From contig JAJZXK010000002.1 in the NCBI GenBank assembly GCA_021806565.1, positions 17,575 to 81,574 of the forward strand: a DNA stretch of 64,000 nt, read 5' to 3'. Under the pieces are notes generated by a model. The model was not told the DNA's origin. It saw only the letters and a program-made list of their open reading frames with translations, and searched no databases. Shown here piece after piece: positions 29,344 to 37,746 of this stretch. Position 1 is the stretch's first letter, and every line of letters begins with the position of its first letter. The translations under genes were made by a program, and so were the position numbers. The stretch is from Bacillota bacterium. Its GTDB lineage: Bacteria; Bacillota; Sulfobacillia; RBS10-35; JAJYVN01.

Positions 29344-30306
29344 ATGCGCTTACGCGACGCGCTGCACCAGGAACTGGCCAAGGCCTTCGGGACGCACGCG
29401 GCGGATCCGCTGGTCCAGCAGATCGCCGGCCTGCGCCGCATCGGGGCGGCCGTCTTCGACGTTCAGCAGGAGTTGGAGTCCGCCGAGGCCCAGGGCAACG
29501 GCCGCGACCTGCGGCGGGCCCGCTGCTACTTCGCCGCGCTCGAGACGCTGGTCACCTTCGCCGACGCCTTCGTGCTGGACGCCTTCGCCGATCCGGAACA
29601 CCCGCGCCACGTGCCCGAGGTGACCTTCGAGCAGGCGCGGGCCTTTTACCTGCGCGCGCCGGACCTGGCGACGGCGGTGCGCCAGGAGATCGCCTACAGC
29701 GGTGGGGCGACGCACGCCCTGCCGATCCTGCCGGGACCGCGCTTCGAGGCCGCCGGCCGCTGCCCGGTCGAGCATCTGATCGCGATGCAGCGGGCGGCCC
29801 GCAAGGTGGAAGAGGTGATCGGCACCCGGATCGAGTCCCTGCGGCTGCACGCCGGCGAGGGACCGGAACCGGTGGGGCTGCGTCCGGCGGTGCTGAAGAT
29901 GGCGGCGGCCCGTACCGAGATGACCGCGGCGGACCAGGTCCTGGGGGCCCTGCAGCAGGGCCAGCACGTCTCGTCCGAGGTGCACGAGCAGGCCGAGGCC
30001 TATTACTACGACGGCGTCCTGCGCGTCTACCTGTATGCGGCGCAGGAGCTTGAACTGCCGGGCGTGACGGCGTCGGCTCCCGCGACGGAGCAGGAGCCGG
30101 AGGCGGAGGAGCCGCCGGCTCCTGCGGCCGATGCCGGATTCGGCTTCCGCGGCCGCGAGCGGGGCGGCGACTGGGGGCAGGGATTCGGGATGGGGCAGGG
30201 TGGCTTCTCCCTGGGCGGGCTGATCGCGGCGGATGTCGTGGGCAACCTGATCGGGGACCTGCTCGGCGGGATCTTCGGCGGTGGCGGCGGCTTCGGCGGC
30301 TGGTGA
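29344..30306 (+). CDS. Hypothetical protein with an alpha-helical N-terminal domain and a C-terminal glycine-zipper tail
   Basis: No known domain is recognised. The C-terminus GFGFRGRERGGDWGQGFGMGQGGFSLGGLIAADVVGNLIGDLLGGIFGGGGGFGGW has repeated GxxxG motifs. Confidence 0.5.
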   Translation: MRLRDALHQELAKAFGTHAADPLVQQIAGLRRIGAAVFDVQQELESAEAQGNGRDLRRARCYFAALETLVTFADAFVLDAFADPEHPRHVPEVTFEQARAFYLRAPDLATAVRQEIAYSGGATHALPILPGPRFEAAGRCPVEHLIAMQRAARKVEEVIGTRIESLRLHAGEGPEPVGLRPAVLKMAAARTEMTAADQVLGALQQGQHVSSEVHEQAEAYYYDGVLRVYLYAAQELELPGVTASAPATEQEPEAEEPPAPAADAGFGFRGRERGGDWGQGFGMGQGGFSLGGLIAADVVGNLIGDLLGGIFGGGGGFGGW

Positions 30307-30371
30307 GTCGCCGCCCCGCCATCGCTGTGGTCGAGTCGGGATAGAGACGTCTTGAAGAAGGGCGGTCCGGC

Positions 30372-31463
30372 ATGGCAGAGGTGCTGCGGTTCGGTTTCAT
30401 CGGGGCCGGCGAGATCGCGCTGCGTACCGCCGAGGCGGTCTCCCAGGCGCCGCGGGCGCGACTGGTCGCGGTGACGGACGCCGACCCGCGTCTGGCGCAG
30501 GGTCTGGCGGAGGCGCACGGGGCGGAGGCGGTGGACACCGCCGACGACCTGGTCGCGCGGGCGGACGTCGACGCGGTCTACATCGCTGTCCCCCACTTCC
30601 TGCACTCCGTGATGGTTCAGACGGCCGCGCGGGCGGGCAAGCACATCCTGTTGGAAAAGCCTACCGGTACGAGCGCCGCCGAGAGCGAGCGCTGCCTGCG
30701 GGCGGCGCGCGACGCCGGGGTGACCCTGAGCGTGCCCTTTATCTACCGGTATACGGAGGCCTGGCGCCGGGTGCGGGAACTCGCGGCCGACGCTGTGCTG
30801 GGCGACATGCAGTGCCTGCGCAGCGTGCTTTGGGCGGACAAACCGGCCACCTACTGGCAGGGCGGCTACACCGGCCGCAGCCAGAGCGACTGGCGGGGGC
30901 GGGCGCTGCAGGCGGGCGGCGGGGTGCTGATCATGAACGCCGTCCACGACATCGACGCGATGCGCTGGAGCACCGGACTCGAGGCCGAACGCGTCTATGC
31001 CGAGCACGGCACCTTCGCGGCGCCTGTGGAGGTGGAGGACCTGGCCGCGGTGACCATCCGCTACCACGGCGGCGCCATCGGCGTGATCGAAGTGGCGGCC
31101 CATGCCCCAGGGGGCGCGGGCCCGCTCGGCAGCGGCGGGCACCGCTGGATTGGGACGCAGGGGCAGGCGGCCCTCGCCGACGGGCACCTGTGGGTCTATG
31201 CGGCGCAGGCGGTGGCCGGCATCCCCGCGGGGCGGTGGACCGAACTCGAGTTGGACCGGCCGGGTGACCCGCGGACGCTCTGTGTCGACGACTTTGCCCG
31301 CGCCGTGCTGGCCGGGGAGCGGCCGCCGATCCCGGAGGATGCCGGGTTGGAGGCCATGAAGGTCATCTCCGCCGCCTACCAGTCCCAGCGCTTCGGCCGT
31401 CCGGTGCGGACCGACGAGGTCTTCCAGCGGGTCGTCATGGCGCCGCGCACCACCATCGGCTAG
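30372..31463 (+). CDS. Gfo/Idh/MocA family oxidoreductase
   Basis: RFGFIGAGEIALRTA...AVYIAVPHFLHSVMVQTAARAGKHILLEKP carries the family motifs. Confidence 0.85.
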   Translation: MAEVLRFGFIGAGEIALRTAEAVSQAPRARLVAVTDADPRLAQGLAEAHGAEAVDTADDLVARADVDAVYIAVPHFLHSVMVQTAARAGKHILLEKPTGTSAAESERCLRAARDAGVTLSVPFIYRYTEAWRRVRELAADAVLGDMQCLRSVLWADKPATYWQGGYTGRSQSDWRGRALQAGGGVLIMNAVHDIDAMRWSTGLEAERVYAEHGTFAAPVEVEDLAAVTIRYHGGAIGVIEVAAHAPGGAGPLGSGGHRWIGTQGQAALADGHLWVYAAQAVAGIPAGRWTELELDRPGDPRTLCVDDFARAVLAGERPPIPEDAGLEAMKVISAAYQSQRFGRPVRTDEVFQRVVMAPRTTIG

Positions 31464-31504
31464 CGCCACGCCCAGCGCGGGCCTCGCACCTGCCAATCTG
31501 GTGC

Positions 31505-31548
31505 CCAACTGAAGCGGGATGAGGGGAAGCCCTTATCCCGCTTCAGTT
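31505..31548. terminator. Strong hairpin downstream of the Gfo/Idh/MocA gene; putative factor-independent terminator without a U tract
   Basis: AACTGAAGCGGGAT-gaggggaagccctt-ATCCCGCTTCAGTT forms a 14-bp perfect stem. Confidence 0.4.
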
Positions 31549-31844
31549 GCCGGTTGCGGACCCAGGCCGCGGCCGGCCCCGGCAGGCGCAGGTGGGCAGT
31601 GGCCGTCGGCCGCTACCTGTTTCCGGTGGCGGCCAACCGCGTCGTCACCCCCCGAAGCGGGGCCCAAATCGGCGCCCGGTACGAGCCGACGGTGGGGCTT
31701 GCCGGCTCCCACTGCACCAGCCAGCGTTTCTGGAAGGTTGTGGGTCTGGCGGACGTCGCCGCAGTCGAGGGCTGTCCAGCACCGTTCAGTGCATCTCTTC
31801 CTGCGTGCCCGTGCCCCTCCGCGCGGCCGTGCCCACTGGACTAC

Positions 31845-32831
31845 TCATCTGCTACCCTGGGCTGCGGTGGATGCTGAAGGGTCTGTGATCGGCGGAGAGG
31901 TTGGGTCGTGGTGGGTGGTGCGAGATGCATCACAGTTGTTGATCGTTGTCCGGACTTCGGAGATGTTAACGTATACTGATTGCTGTTGGCGTTGGCATCC
32001 TGCGCTGGAAGCGTCTTGTTTTTGACGGATGACGACTGCTTTGTCACGTCTGTTTCGTTCGGCATCTGATTCGGGCTTTGGTGTGTGGCTCGGCTCCTTG
32101 GCCTCCTCAAAAAACTTCTTTTCTAGCTTGTTCTTATAATAAGAATATGTGGCGACGGTGATGGCTGTGCAGGCTGTTGCCATAAGGAAAAGTGTAAGGT
32201 GGTTCATCTGCTGGGATAGCCCCGAAAGAGACAGAAGAAAGGGGGCCCATTGGCCCAAAATAGAAGCAGTGAGATAGGGTTTGTAGATGTCGGGGATCAG
32301 GCTTCCGATCATCTCCTCTTTCTTGGTGTCCTTGAAGGATGGTGGCTCCTCTCCGATCTCGACTAGTAATTCGTGCAAGCTGCTGCTCGCCAGTAGGTGT
32401 AGTTTGCGATAGGCGTGCGCCAAACAGATGCAGGATGTGCTGGATAGCAGGAATAAAAGCGGGAGTATCAATAATGCTAGTGCTATCGTTTTGCCCGCAT
32501 GGGCATGTGCTGTCGGCACAAGCAATGCGCCCAATAGACCGACTCCTGGGACTATGGTCGAAATGAGTGGTAGGCCAGATGACAACCTGCGGTCTGCCTG
32601 GTCGAAGAGTTGCTCCATACGGCTCCTGTGGTATTGGACAAGCGGCGACATGTCTTCAGGTATGGTGCTTTCACTCCCCGCTGCGGTGCTGTTCATGTTC
32701 AGTTTGCTGCAATGCTCGGACTCCCTTCTCTTGGCGCGGACGATTTTGGCATCGCTACAGCGCTGCCAGGGTTGGTGCTTTATCGGGCGATGGACTTGAG
32801 TCGGCATGAGGGTGTGTAGGGCTTGAGCCAT
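31845..32831 (-). CDS. Hypothetical polytopic membrane protein encoded on a low-GC island
   Basis: Four hydrophobic segments are present: PLISTIVPGVGLLGALLV, IALALLILPLLFLLSS, ASILGQWAPFLLSLSGL and LTLFLMATACTAITVATY. The C-terminal tail is charged (KNKLEKKFFEEAKEP...). This is the only reasonable ORF in a roughly 1 kb stretch whose GC is far below the flanks. The start at 32831 (MAQALH) is tentative; an alternative lies at 32696. Confidence 0.5.
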   Translation of the reverse strand: MAQALHTLMPTQVHRPIKHQPWQRCSDAKIVRAKRRESEHCSKLNMNSTAAGSESTIPEDMSPLVQYHRSRMEQLFDQADRRLSSGLPLISTIVPGVGLLGALLVPTAHAHAGKTIALALLILPLLFLLSSTSCICLAHAYRKLHLLASSSLHELLVEIGEEPPSFKDTKKEEMIGSLIPDIYKPYLTASILGQWAPFLLSLSGLSQQMNHLTLFLMATACTAITVATYSYYKNKLEKKFFEEAKEPSHTPKPESDAERNRRDKAVVIRQKQDASSAGCQRQQQSVYVNISEVRTTINNCDASRTTHHDPTSPPITDPSASTAAQGSR

Positions 32832-33003
32832 GAGGGGATGTGATTGGTTCTGGTGGGACCCACTGCGGGGGCCTGCCTCTGGCCGCCAGTGGCCTCGTCG
32901 CGGCCCTGCTCGTCGTCGGCATCCGCTTGTCGGTGTGTCCACCGCCCCAGACATGACCAGCGGGACCAACAAGAGAGGGGATCGATGGGGACAAGCTGTT
33001 CTT

Positions 33004-33021
33004 GAATGGGAACATGTGTGC
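33004..33021. promoter_or_regulatory. Putative LexA (Cheo-type) SOS box upstream of imuB, inside a TGTTC-N8-GAACA inverted repeat (33000-33014)
   Basis: In GAATGGGAACATGTGTGC, GAAC-ATGT-GTGC is one mismatch from GAAC-N4-GTTC. The 11 nt GAATGGGAACA are identical to the context of the dnaE2 box. Confidence 0.45.
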
Positions 33022-33026
33022 GCAGT

Positions 33027-34205
33027 ATGCTGGGCGGACCGGAGGTGGGCGCGGTGGCATGGGTCGGCCTGGTGCGCGTGCGGGGTGTGCTCGCGACGGC
33101 GTCACAAAGTGGTCTGCTCGCCATCCTGCTGCACCAGGGCCGGGTCTGGGACGCCGATTCCGAGGCCTGGATGCGGGGGGTGCGGCCGGGACAGCCGGCA
33201 GAGGAGGCGCGCACCCTGTGCCCGCAGGCCTCCTGGGCGGTCCTGGACTCGGCGGCGGCAAACCGCCGGCTGGCCACGGTCTGGGACATGCTGGCCGCCG
33301 CGGCCGCGGTGGTGGAGCCGGATCCCACGGGACGGCCGCAGGCCTGTGCCGCCTGGACGGGGGAGGCGCCGCCGCTGGTGGAGGTCGCCGCCCTGCGCCA
33401 GGAGTGCCGCCGTGTTTTCCCCCAGGCCACCCTCGCGGCCGGCCTCGGACCCAGCCGGCTGGCCGCGCGCCTCGCCTGTCCGGACCAGGGCGTCGGGGTG
33501 TTGAAGGAGCGGGAGGAGATCGCCCGCCGGTTGGCGCCCCGCCCCCTGGAGTTGCTGGTGGAGGAATCCCTGGTGCGTCCGGGTGCCGTCCGAACGCTGG
33601 CGGCGCTGGGCGCGGTCAACTGCGGCCAGGTGGCCGCGCTGCCGGAGGCCCTGGTGCGGGCGCGCCTGGGGGTGGAGGGCGCCCTGGTGCATGCCGCCTG
33701 CCGCGGCTACGACGACCGGCCGGTGTATGCGCGCCATCCGCCGCGCGCCGTCGCGGTCCAGGCGCGTTATCCGCGGGAACTGCCGCCGCGGGCCTGGGGG
33801 ATGGCGGCTTTCGCGCTGGCGCGCCGGGCGGTGGGTCGCCTGCGTCCTGGAGAGGGCGTGGGGGAACTGGTGCTGATCGCCGGCGCGGAGGGGAACTGGC
33901 GGCGCACCTGGCCGGCCCCCTGTATGGACGGAGGGGTTTTGGCGCGGGCGGCGCGCTTGTTGGGGGCGCGGGCCGCGGCGGGGGGCGGGGAGCCCGTTTC
34001 CCGCCTGGAGGTCCGGTTGGCGGACCTGGCCTGGCACTCCCCCCGCGCGCGATCGCTCCTGGATGCGGCGCGGCCACGACGCGGCGATGCCCTGGAGGAG
34101 TTGCTGCGCCGCCTGCCACGCCAGGCCCTGCAGCGGGGGGCGCTTGGATGCGACGACTACGAGGTCTTGCTCGGCCTGCTGGACCCGCTTCGGGGTGGCC
34201 GCTGA
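33027..34205 (+). CDS. imuB: ImuB-like Y-family polymerase homolog (SOS mutagenesis accessory protein)
   Basis: ...LATASQSGLLAILLHQGRVWDADSEAWMRGVRPGQPAEEARTLCPQA... has the Y-family DinB/ImuB-type N-terminal fold motif (A.xxGVRPGM...LCP). The gene lies in a locus with dnaE2 and an SOS box. The start is set at the ATG at 33027 so as not to overlap the box. Confidence 0.6.
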   Translation: MLGGPEVGAVAWVGLVRVRGVLATASQSGLLAILLHQGRVWDADSEAWMRGVRPGQPAEEARTLCPQASWAVLDSAAANRRLATVWDMLAAAAAVVEPDPTGRPQACAAWTGEAPPLVEVAALRQECRRVFPQATLAAGLGPSRLAARLACPDQGVGVLKEREEIARRLAPRPLELLVEESLVRPGAVRTLAALGAVNCGQVAALPEALVRARLGVEGALVHAACRGYDDRPVYARHPPRAVAVQARYPRELPPRAWGMAAFALARRAVGRLRPGEGVGELVLIAGAEGNWRRTWPAPCMDGGVLARAARLLGARAAAGGGEPVSRLEVRLADLAWHSPRARSLLDAARPRRGDALEELLRRLPRQALQRGALGCDDYEVLLGLLDPLRGGR

Positions 34206-34450
34206 TGCGTCGGCCGGATCGGGCGGTCTCGGCGCGGTTGGACGATGCGGGCGCGCCCACGGCCTTTTGCTGGTATGGCCGCTGGTACCGCGTCGCGGAG
34301 CGGTTGGACGAGTGGGTCTACCGGACACCCTGGTGGGTGGAGGGGGCCGAGGAGCAGAGCTTCTACCGGGTGCGCGTCGCGGAGGGCGGGGTCTTCGAAC
34401 TCATGGTCGGACCGGACCGCGGGGTGCGCGTGTATCGGGTGTTTGATTGA
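34205..34450 (+). CDS. Small Trp/Arg-rich protein of 81 aa, translationally coupled to imuB
   Basis: MRRPDRAVSARLDDAGAPTAFCWYGRWYRVAERLDEWVYRTPWWVEGAEEQSFYRVRVAEGGVFELMVGPDRGVRVYRVFD. Its ATG overlaps the imuB TGA, giving a TGATG junction. Confidence 0.5.
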   Translation: MRRPDRAVSARLDDAGAPTAFCWYGRWYRVAERLDEWVYRTPWWVEGAEEQSFYRVRVAEGGVFELMVGPDRGVRVYRVFD

Positions 34451-34817
34451 GTACCCGGCGTCGATAGAGCCGTTGTCCGTCGATTGTGTCGGACCGGTTG
34501 CGGCACCTGGAACGACGATTCCGCGTGGGGTGCGCTCAAGCCCACCGGATCGGCGCCGATACTGGGTCAGGCGCAGGGGAATCCTTCTGCGCTTGGTGTG
34601 TCCGCGCCCGTGCATTCTTCAGGTTCCCCTGGGCATAATGCAGCCGATGGGTGCCGTTTACACCCACCGGCCCGACGGTGCTGCAGTTGTTACGCGTCGA
34701 AAGAGCGGCTAGCCTTGGATCAAACGGGGGCTAGCCGTTCGGCTTGTTGGGCGGAAATGCTCGCCACGCAATGACCAGGATCACGACGATACCCAGGAGT
34801 ACCCAGGCACCAATCCG

Positions 34818-34855
34818 GGTCAACTACCGTCGGCTTTACCCGGCGGTAGTTGACC
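34818..34855. repeat. Perfect 12-bp inverted repeat with a 14-nt spacer, in a 750-bp non-coding interval
   Basis: The arms are GGTCAACTACCG-tcggctttacccgg-CGGTAGTTGACC. Nearby there are two copies of the palindrome GGCTAGCC (34708-34734). Confidence 0.6.
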
Positions 34856-35200
34856 TGCCCACGCGCCCCGGATACCCGCATCCACCCCCCATCTCACGGT
34901 AGAGGACGGCCGTGGCAAGCCACGGGGACGTGCACACCGGTCTGCGGGGGGCAGCGCGGCACGTGGCGGCGGTCCCGGCGGCGCGGGTCGAGTGCCGCGG
35001 GGAGGACGCCAAGCATGGAAAAGCTGGAACCACGTTGGCTGTGGCGAGGTTCCGTGTGGTACACCATGGGCATGGACCGCCGACCACCGTCGGTCGATCC
35101 GCAGGCGTCGGGTTGGGGAGCGGCAGGACTCAAGCGCGGGCGCGAGAAACGGGATTGCCGTCAGGATGCGTAGATAAGACGCGGGCGGGGGTGGGAGCGG

Positions 35201-35530
35201 GTGTCCGTCGGCTTCGTGGTGGTCGCCGACGAGGTGGAGATGGATACGGACGGGATGAAAGAGGTGTTCGTCCATGGCCATCCCGTCCTTCTCTGTCGTG
35301 TGGGGGGCAGGCTGTATGCCTGCAGTGCGGAGTGCACCTATGAAGACGGTGCGGACCTGATTGGTGGCAAGCTGGACGGATTCCACCTGGAATGCCCGGA
35401 GCACGGCTGCCTGTTCGATGTCCGCAGTGGCCGCGTGCTCGGACCGCCGGCGGAGGAACCCCTGGCGACCTATGAACTCAAGGTCGACGGCGGGCACATC
35501 TGGGTAGCCGCCCGGCCGCGGGGATTCTGA
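35201..35530 (+). CDS. Rieske-like [2Fe-2S] ferredoxin-domain protein with an atypical first ligand box
   Basis: Box II CPEHGCLF matches CPxHG. About 20 residues upstream the expected CxH is replaced by ACSAEC. The protein is 109 aa. Confidence 0.5.
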   Translation: MSVGFVVVADEVEMDTDGMKEVFVHGHPVLLCRVGGRLYACSAECTYEDGADLIGGKLDGFHLECPEHGCLFDVRSGRVLGPPAEEPLATYELKVDGGHIWVAARPRGF

Positions 35531-35587
35531 CCCGGAGGGGTCTCCGGGTCGCGCGTCCAGCCCCCATCTGCTCGTGGGGTTGGTTCG

Positions 35588-36313
35588 ATGTCGATGCTGC
35601 CATGGACGGGTGGTTTGGTGGCTGAGGCCGATGCATCCGTGCTCATACACCCCGTGCTCCTGGGTGACGGGGTGTTTCTATGGGGAGAAACACCGGCCGG
35701 ACCGCATATGCCGCCGCCGGCAGTTCATGCGTTTGGTCCTGCCCTGGTCCACCCCCCGGGAATGCCGGCGGACGCTCTGTATGACCGGCTTTCTCAGGTC
35801 GCGCTGGTCCCGGTCGCCGGGGGGCGCCGGCTGAGTTATCGCCATCTCCAAGTCGACAGCCTGGTGCTGTGCCTTCCCACGCGGGATGGACTCCCGTTGT
35901 CTTCGCCGGAATCGGGTGGCGATCCCCAGGCACGCGGGCGGTGGCGGGACTGGGACGTCCCTGGCCTGACGGCGCTGCTGCCGGCGGGCCTGCCGTGGTT
36001 GCAGCCGTTTTCCGCTACGGCGACCGATGAGCTGGGCCTTGGATCCGAATGGGCCTGGCTGTGGCGCATCGCGGCCGCCGTCCGGCGCGCGGTGCGGTGG
36101 CCCCGGCGTTGGACGGGGATCCGTACGGGGTGCGGCCGCGCTGGCGGCCGGTCCTGGGGCAGGCCGAGACAGGCACGGGCAGATGGGGCGGGCCCTGCTG
36201 CGGGTGTTCCACGGCGTGCCCACCCGGCAGGCGGTCAAGTTGGAATAGCCCGCGATCCGGGCGGGTTGCATCGGCCGCGTGCCCGGGGGCTGTTCCCTTA
36301 CACACGCCAATGA
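35588..36313 (+). CDS. Hypothetical protein; the extent is uncertain and a frameshift is possible near 36050
   Basis: The ORF follows the Rieske gene with a 57-bp gap. No family is recognised. The C-terminal third is Arg/Gly-rich and may be non-coding. Confidence 0.3.
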   Translation: MSMLPWTGGLVAEADASVLIHPVLLGDGVFLWGETPAGPHMPPPAVHAFGPALVHPPGMPADALYDRLSQVALVPVAGGRRLSYRHLQVDSLVLCLPTRDGLPLSSPESGGDPQARGRWRDWDVPGLTALLPAGLPWLQPFSATATDELGLGSEWAWLWRIAAAVRRAVRWPRRWTGIRTGCGRAGGRSWGRPRQARADGAGPAAGVPRRAHPAGGQVGIARDPGGLHRPRARGLFPYTRQ

Positions 36314-36429
36314 AGGGGCGGGTACCGTCGACGATTGCTGCATGACTTCTGCGGCGGCCTCACATACCGCAGACCACGTACCTGGCTGCGCCCGGTAGAT
36401 GGGGGGTGCATGATTGTGCGTGGAGTCCG

Positions 36430-37422
36430 TTACAGTAGCCCGCCGTGAAGCAGCCGGAAGTCGCGCTCCGTTTCCCATAATGTGGTTAGTTTGTCGAAGT
36501 TGTCGTCCGGTTCCTGCAGCAATCGCGCGAGGCGGTCGATCTTTCCCAGTCCTTGCGCACCGAGCGCCCGAAAGCCCTCCGGGGTCGTCCACCGCGGCCT
36601 GTGAGTGTAGATCACTTCGTTGTTCATCAGGCAATGGAAGTCGTAGAAGAGTGACCAGAGCACGGCCAGGACTCCCCGCTCCGGTTTGGCATTGTAAAAG
36701 CGTTGCGCATCGAGCCTTCCGGAGCGGATGCCGAGCCAGGCGTCCGCTGGGAAGTCGAATTGGTCCGGCGGCATGTCGTACGCGTCAAAGGCGCCGTTCA
36801 AGCTCAGACTGCCGTCCACATCGATCGTCACCCAGCGGTTTTCCCGATCGCTCCAGTACTGATTGATCCAGTGGTCGGTGCTCACCGCACCGGCAGTACC
36901 ATGGCCGAAATAGGGAGCGTTGCCCGCGCGCACGCGGGCTGCAACGCCCTTGCACTTCAGAATGCTGGCAACCAGCACAGCCACGAAGCGGCAGGACACG
37001 ACCAGCTTGTCCTGGGGCTGCCGGTCGTCGGTGATCCCCCTCGCGTCTCGGCGATACAGTTCGGCGAGCATCGCCACAGCCGTGACCAGGATGTCGTCCT
37101 CCGGCTGGCGCCACCAGGGCACCTGTTTCATGTCGCCGAACCTCAGGTCTGCGTTGGTCCCGGTGTTGCCGGCGGCGAGCGTGGTGGGGTGGATGATGTT
37201 CTTGCGGACCAGCAAGCCGAGCGCGCGCACGTCGTCGGGTAGTTCGCTCCTCAGCGTGGGGCCGCAGAGACCGGGATGCGTGTATGTGCTGAAGGCACGG
37301 TAGTGGTTGAGGATCGTGCTGGTCATAGGCTTGGATTCCACGTCTCGCTCCGGCTGACCTTTCCTGGATGTCGTCATTCCGGGAAGGCAGGTGTCTTGCG
37401 CTACCCGGTCTGTATGGGGCAT
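36430..37422 (-). CDS. Transglutaminase-like (papain-fold Cys-His-Asp) domain protein
   Basis: ...LVVSCRFVAVLVASIL... supplies Cys, ...GHGTAGAVSTDHWINQYW... supplies His, and ...RWVTIDVDGS... supplies Asp, in the spacing of transglutaminase-like cores. The ATG at 37422 follows GGAGA. Confidence 0.55.
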   Translation of the reverse strand: MPHTDRVAQDTCLPGMTTSRKGQPERDVESKPMTSTILNHYRAFSTYTHPGLCGPTLRSELPDDVRALGLLVRKNIIHPTTLAAGNTGTNADLRFGDMKQVPWWRQPEDDILVTAVAMLAELYRRDARGITDDRQPQDKLVVSCRFVAVLVASILKCKGVAARVRAGNAPYFGHGTAGAVSTDHWINQYWSDRENRWVTIDVDGSLSLNGAFDAYDMPPDQFDFPADAWLGIRSGRLDAQRFYNAKPERGVLAVLWSLFYDFHCLMNNEVIYTHRPRWTTPEGFRALGAQGLGKIDRLARLLQEPDDNFDKLTTLWETERDFRLLHGGLL

Positions 37423-37710
37423 TTCGTTGTCTCCGTGGACGCAGGCTATGCGTTGGCGGCGGGCGGCCACCGCCGGGATGAGCCGGTGTGAACGCGAGGG
37501 AGACCATCGCCCGCCCAAGCCGCCGGCGGGGCCCGCCCCGCAGCCTTCGAGCCACCCGCTCCGTCCCCGCAGGCCGGACGGGACCCGCCCCTGGGCGCGC
37601 GCAACCGGGGAGATCTCCGCTTGCCCACCGGGGGACGGTGACCGTTGCGCCTCGCTCCGGTCCTCCGCCCCCCCCCATGCCTCGCATCGGGCTGAGGCGG
37701 CCGCCCTTGC

Positions 37711-37729
37711 GAATGGGAACAGGCGTTCC
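37711..37729. promoter_or_regulatory. LexA (Cheo-type) SOS box 18 bp upstream of dnaE2
   Basis: GAATGGGAACAGGCGTTCC contains a perfect GAAC-N4-GTTC palindrome (37717-37728). Confidence 0.6.
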
Positions 37730-37746
37730 TATGATGGGGCGGGGGG

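Noticed and set aside
34820-35650. 276-aa ORF on the minus strand.
   Set aside because: It is antisense to the Rieske-like gene, which has clear motifs. Its composition is junk-like.
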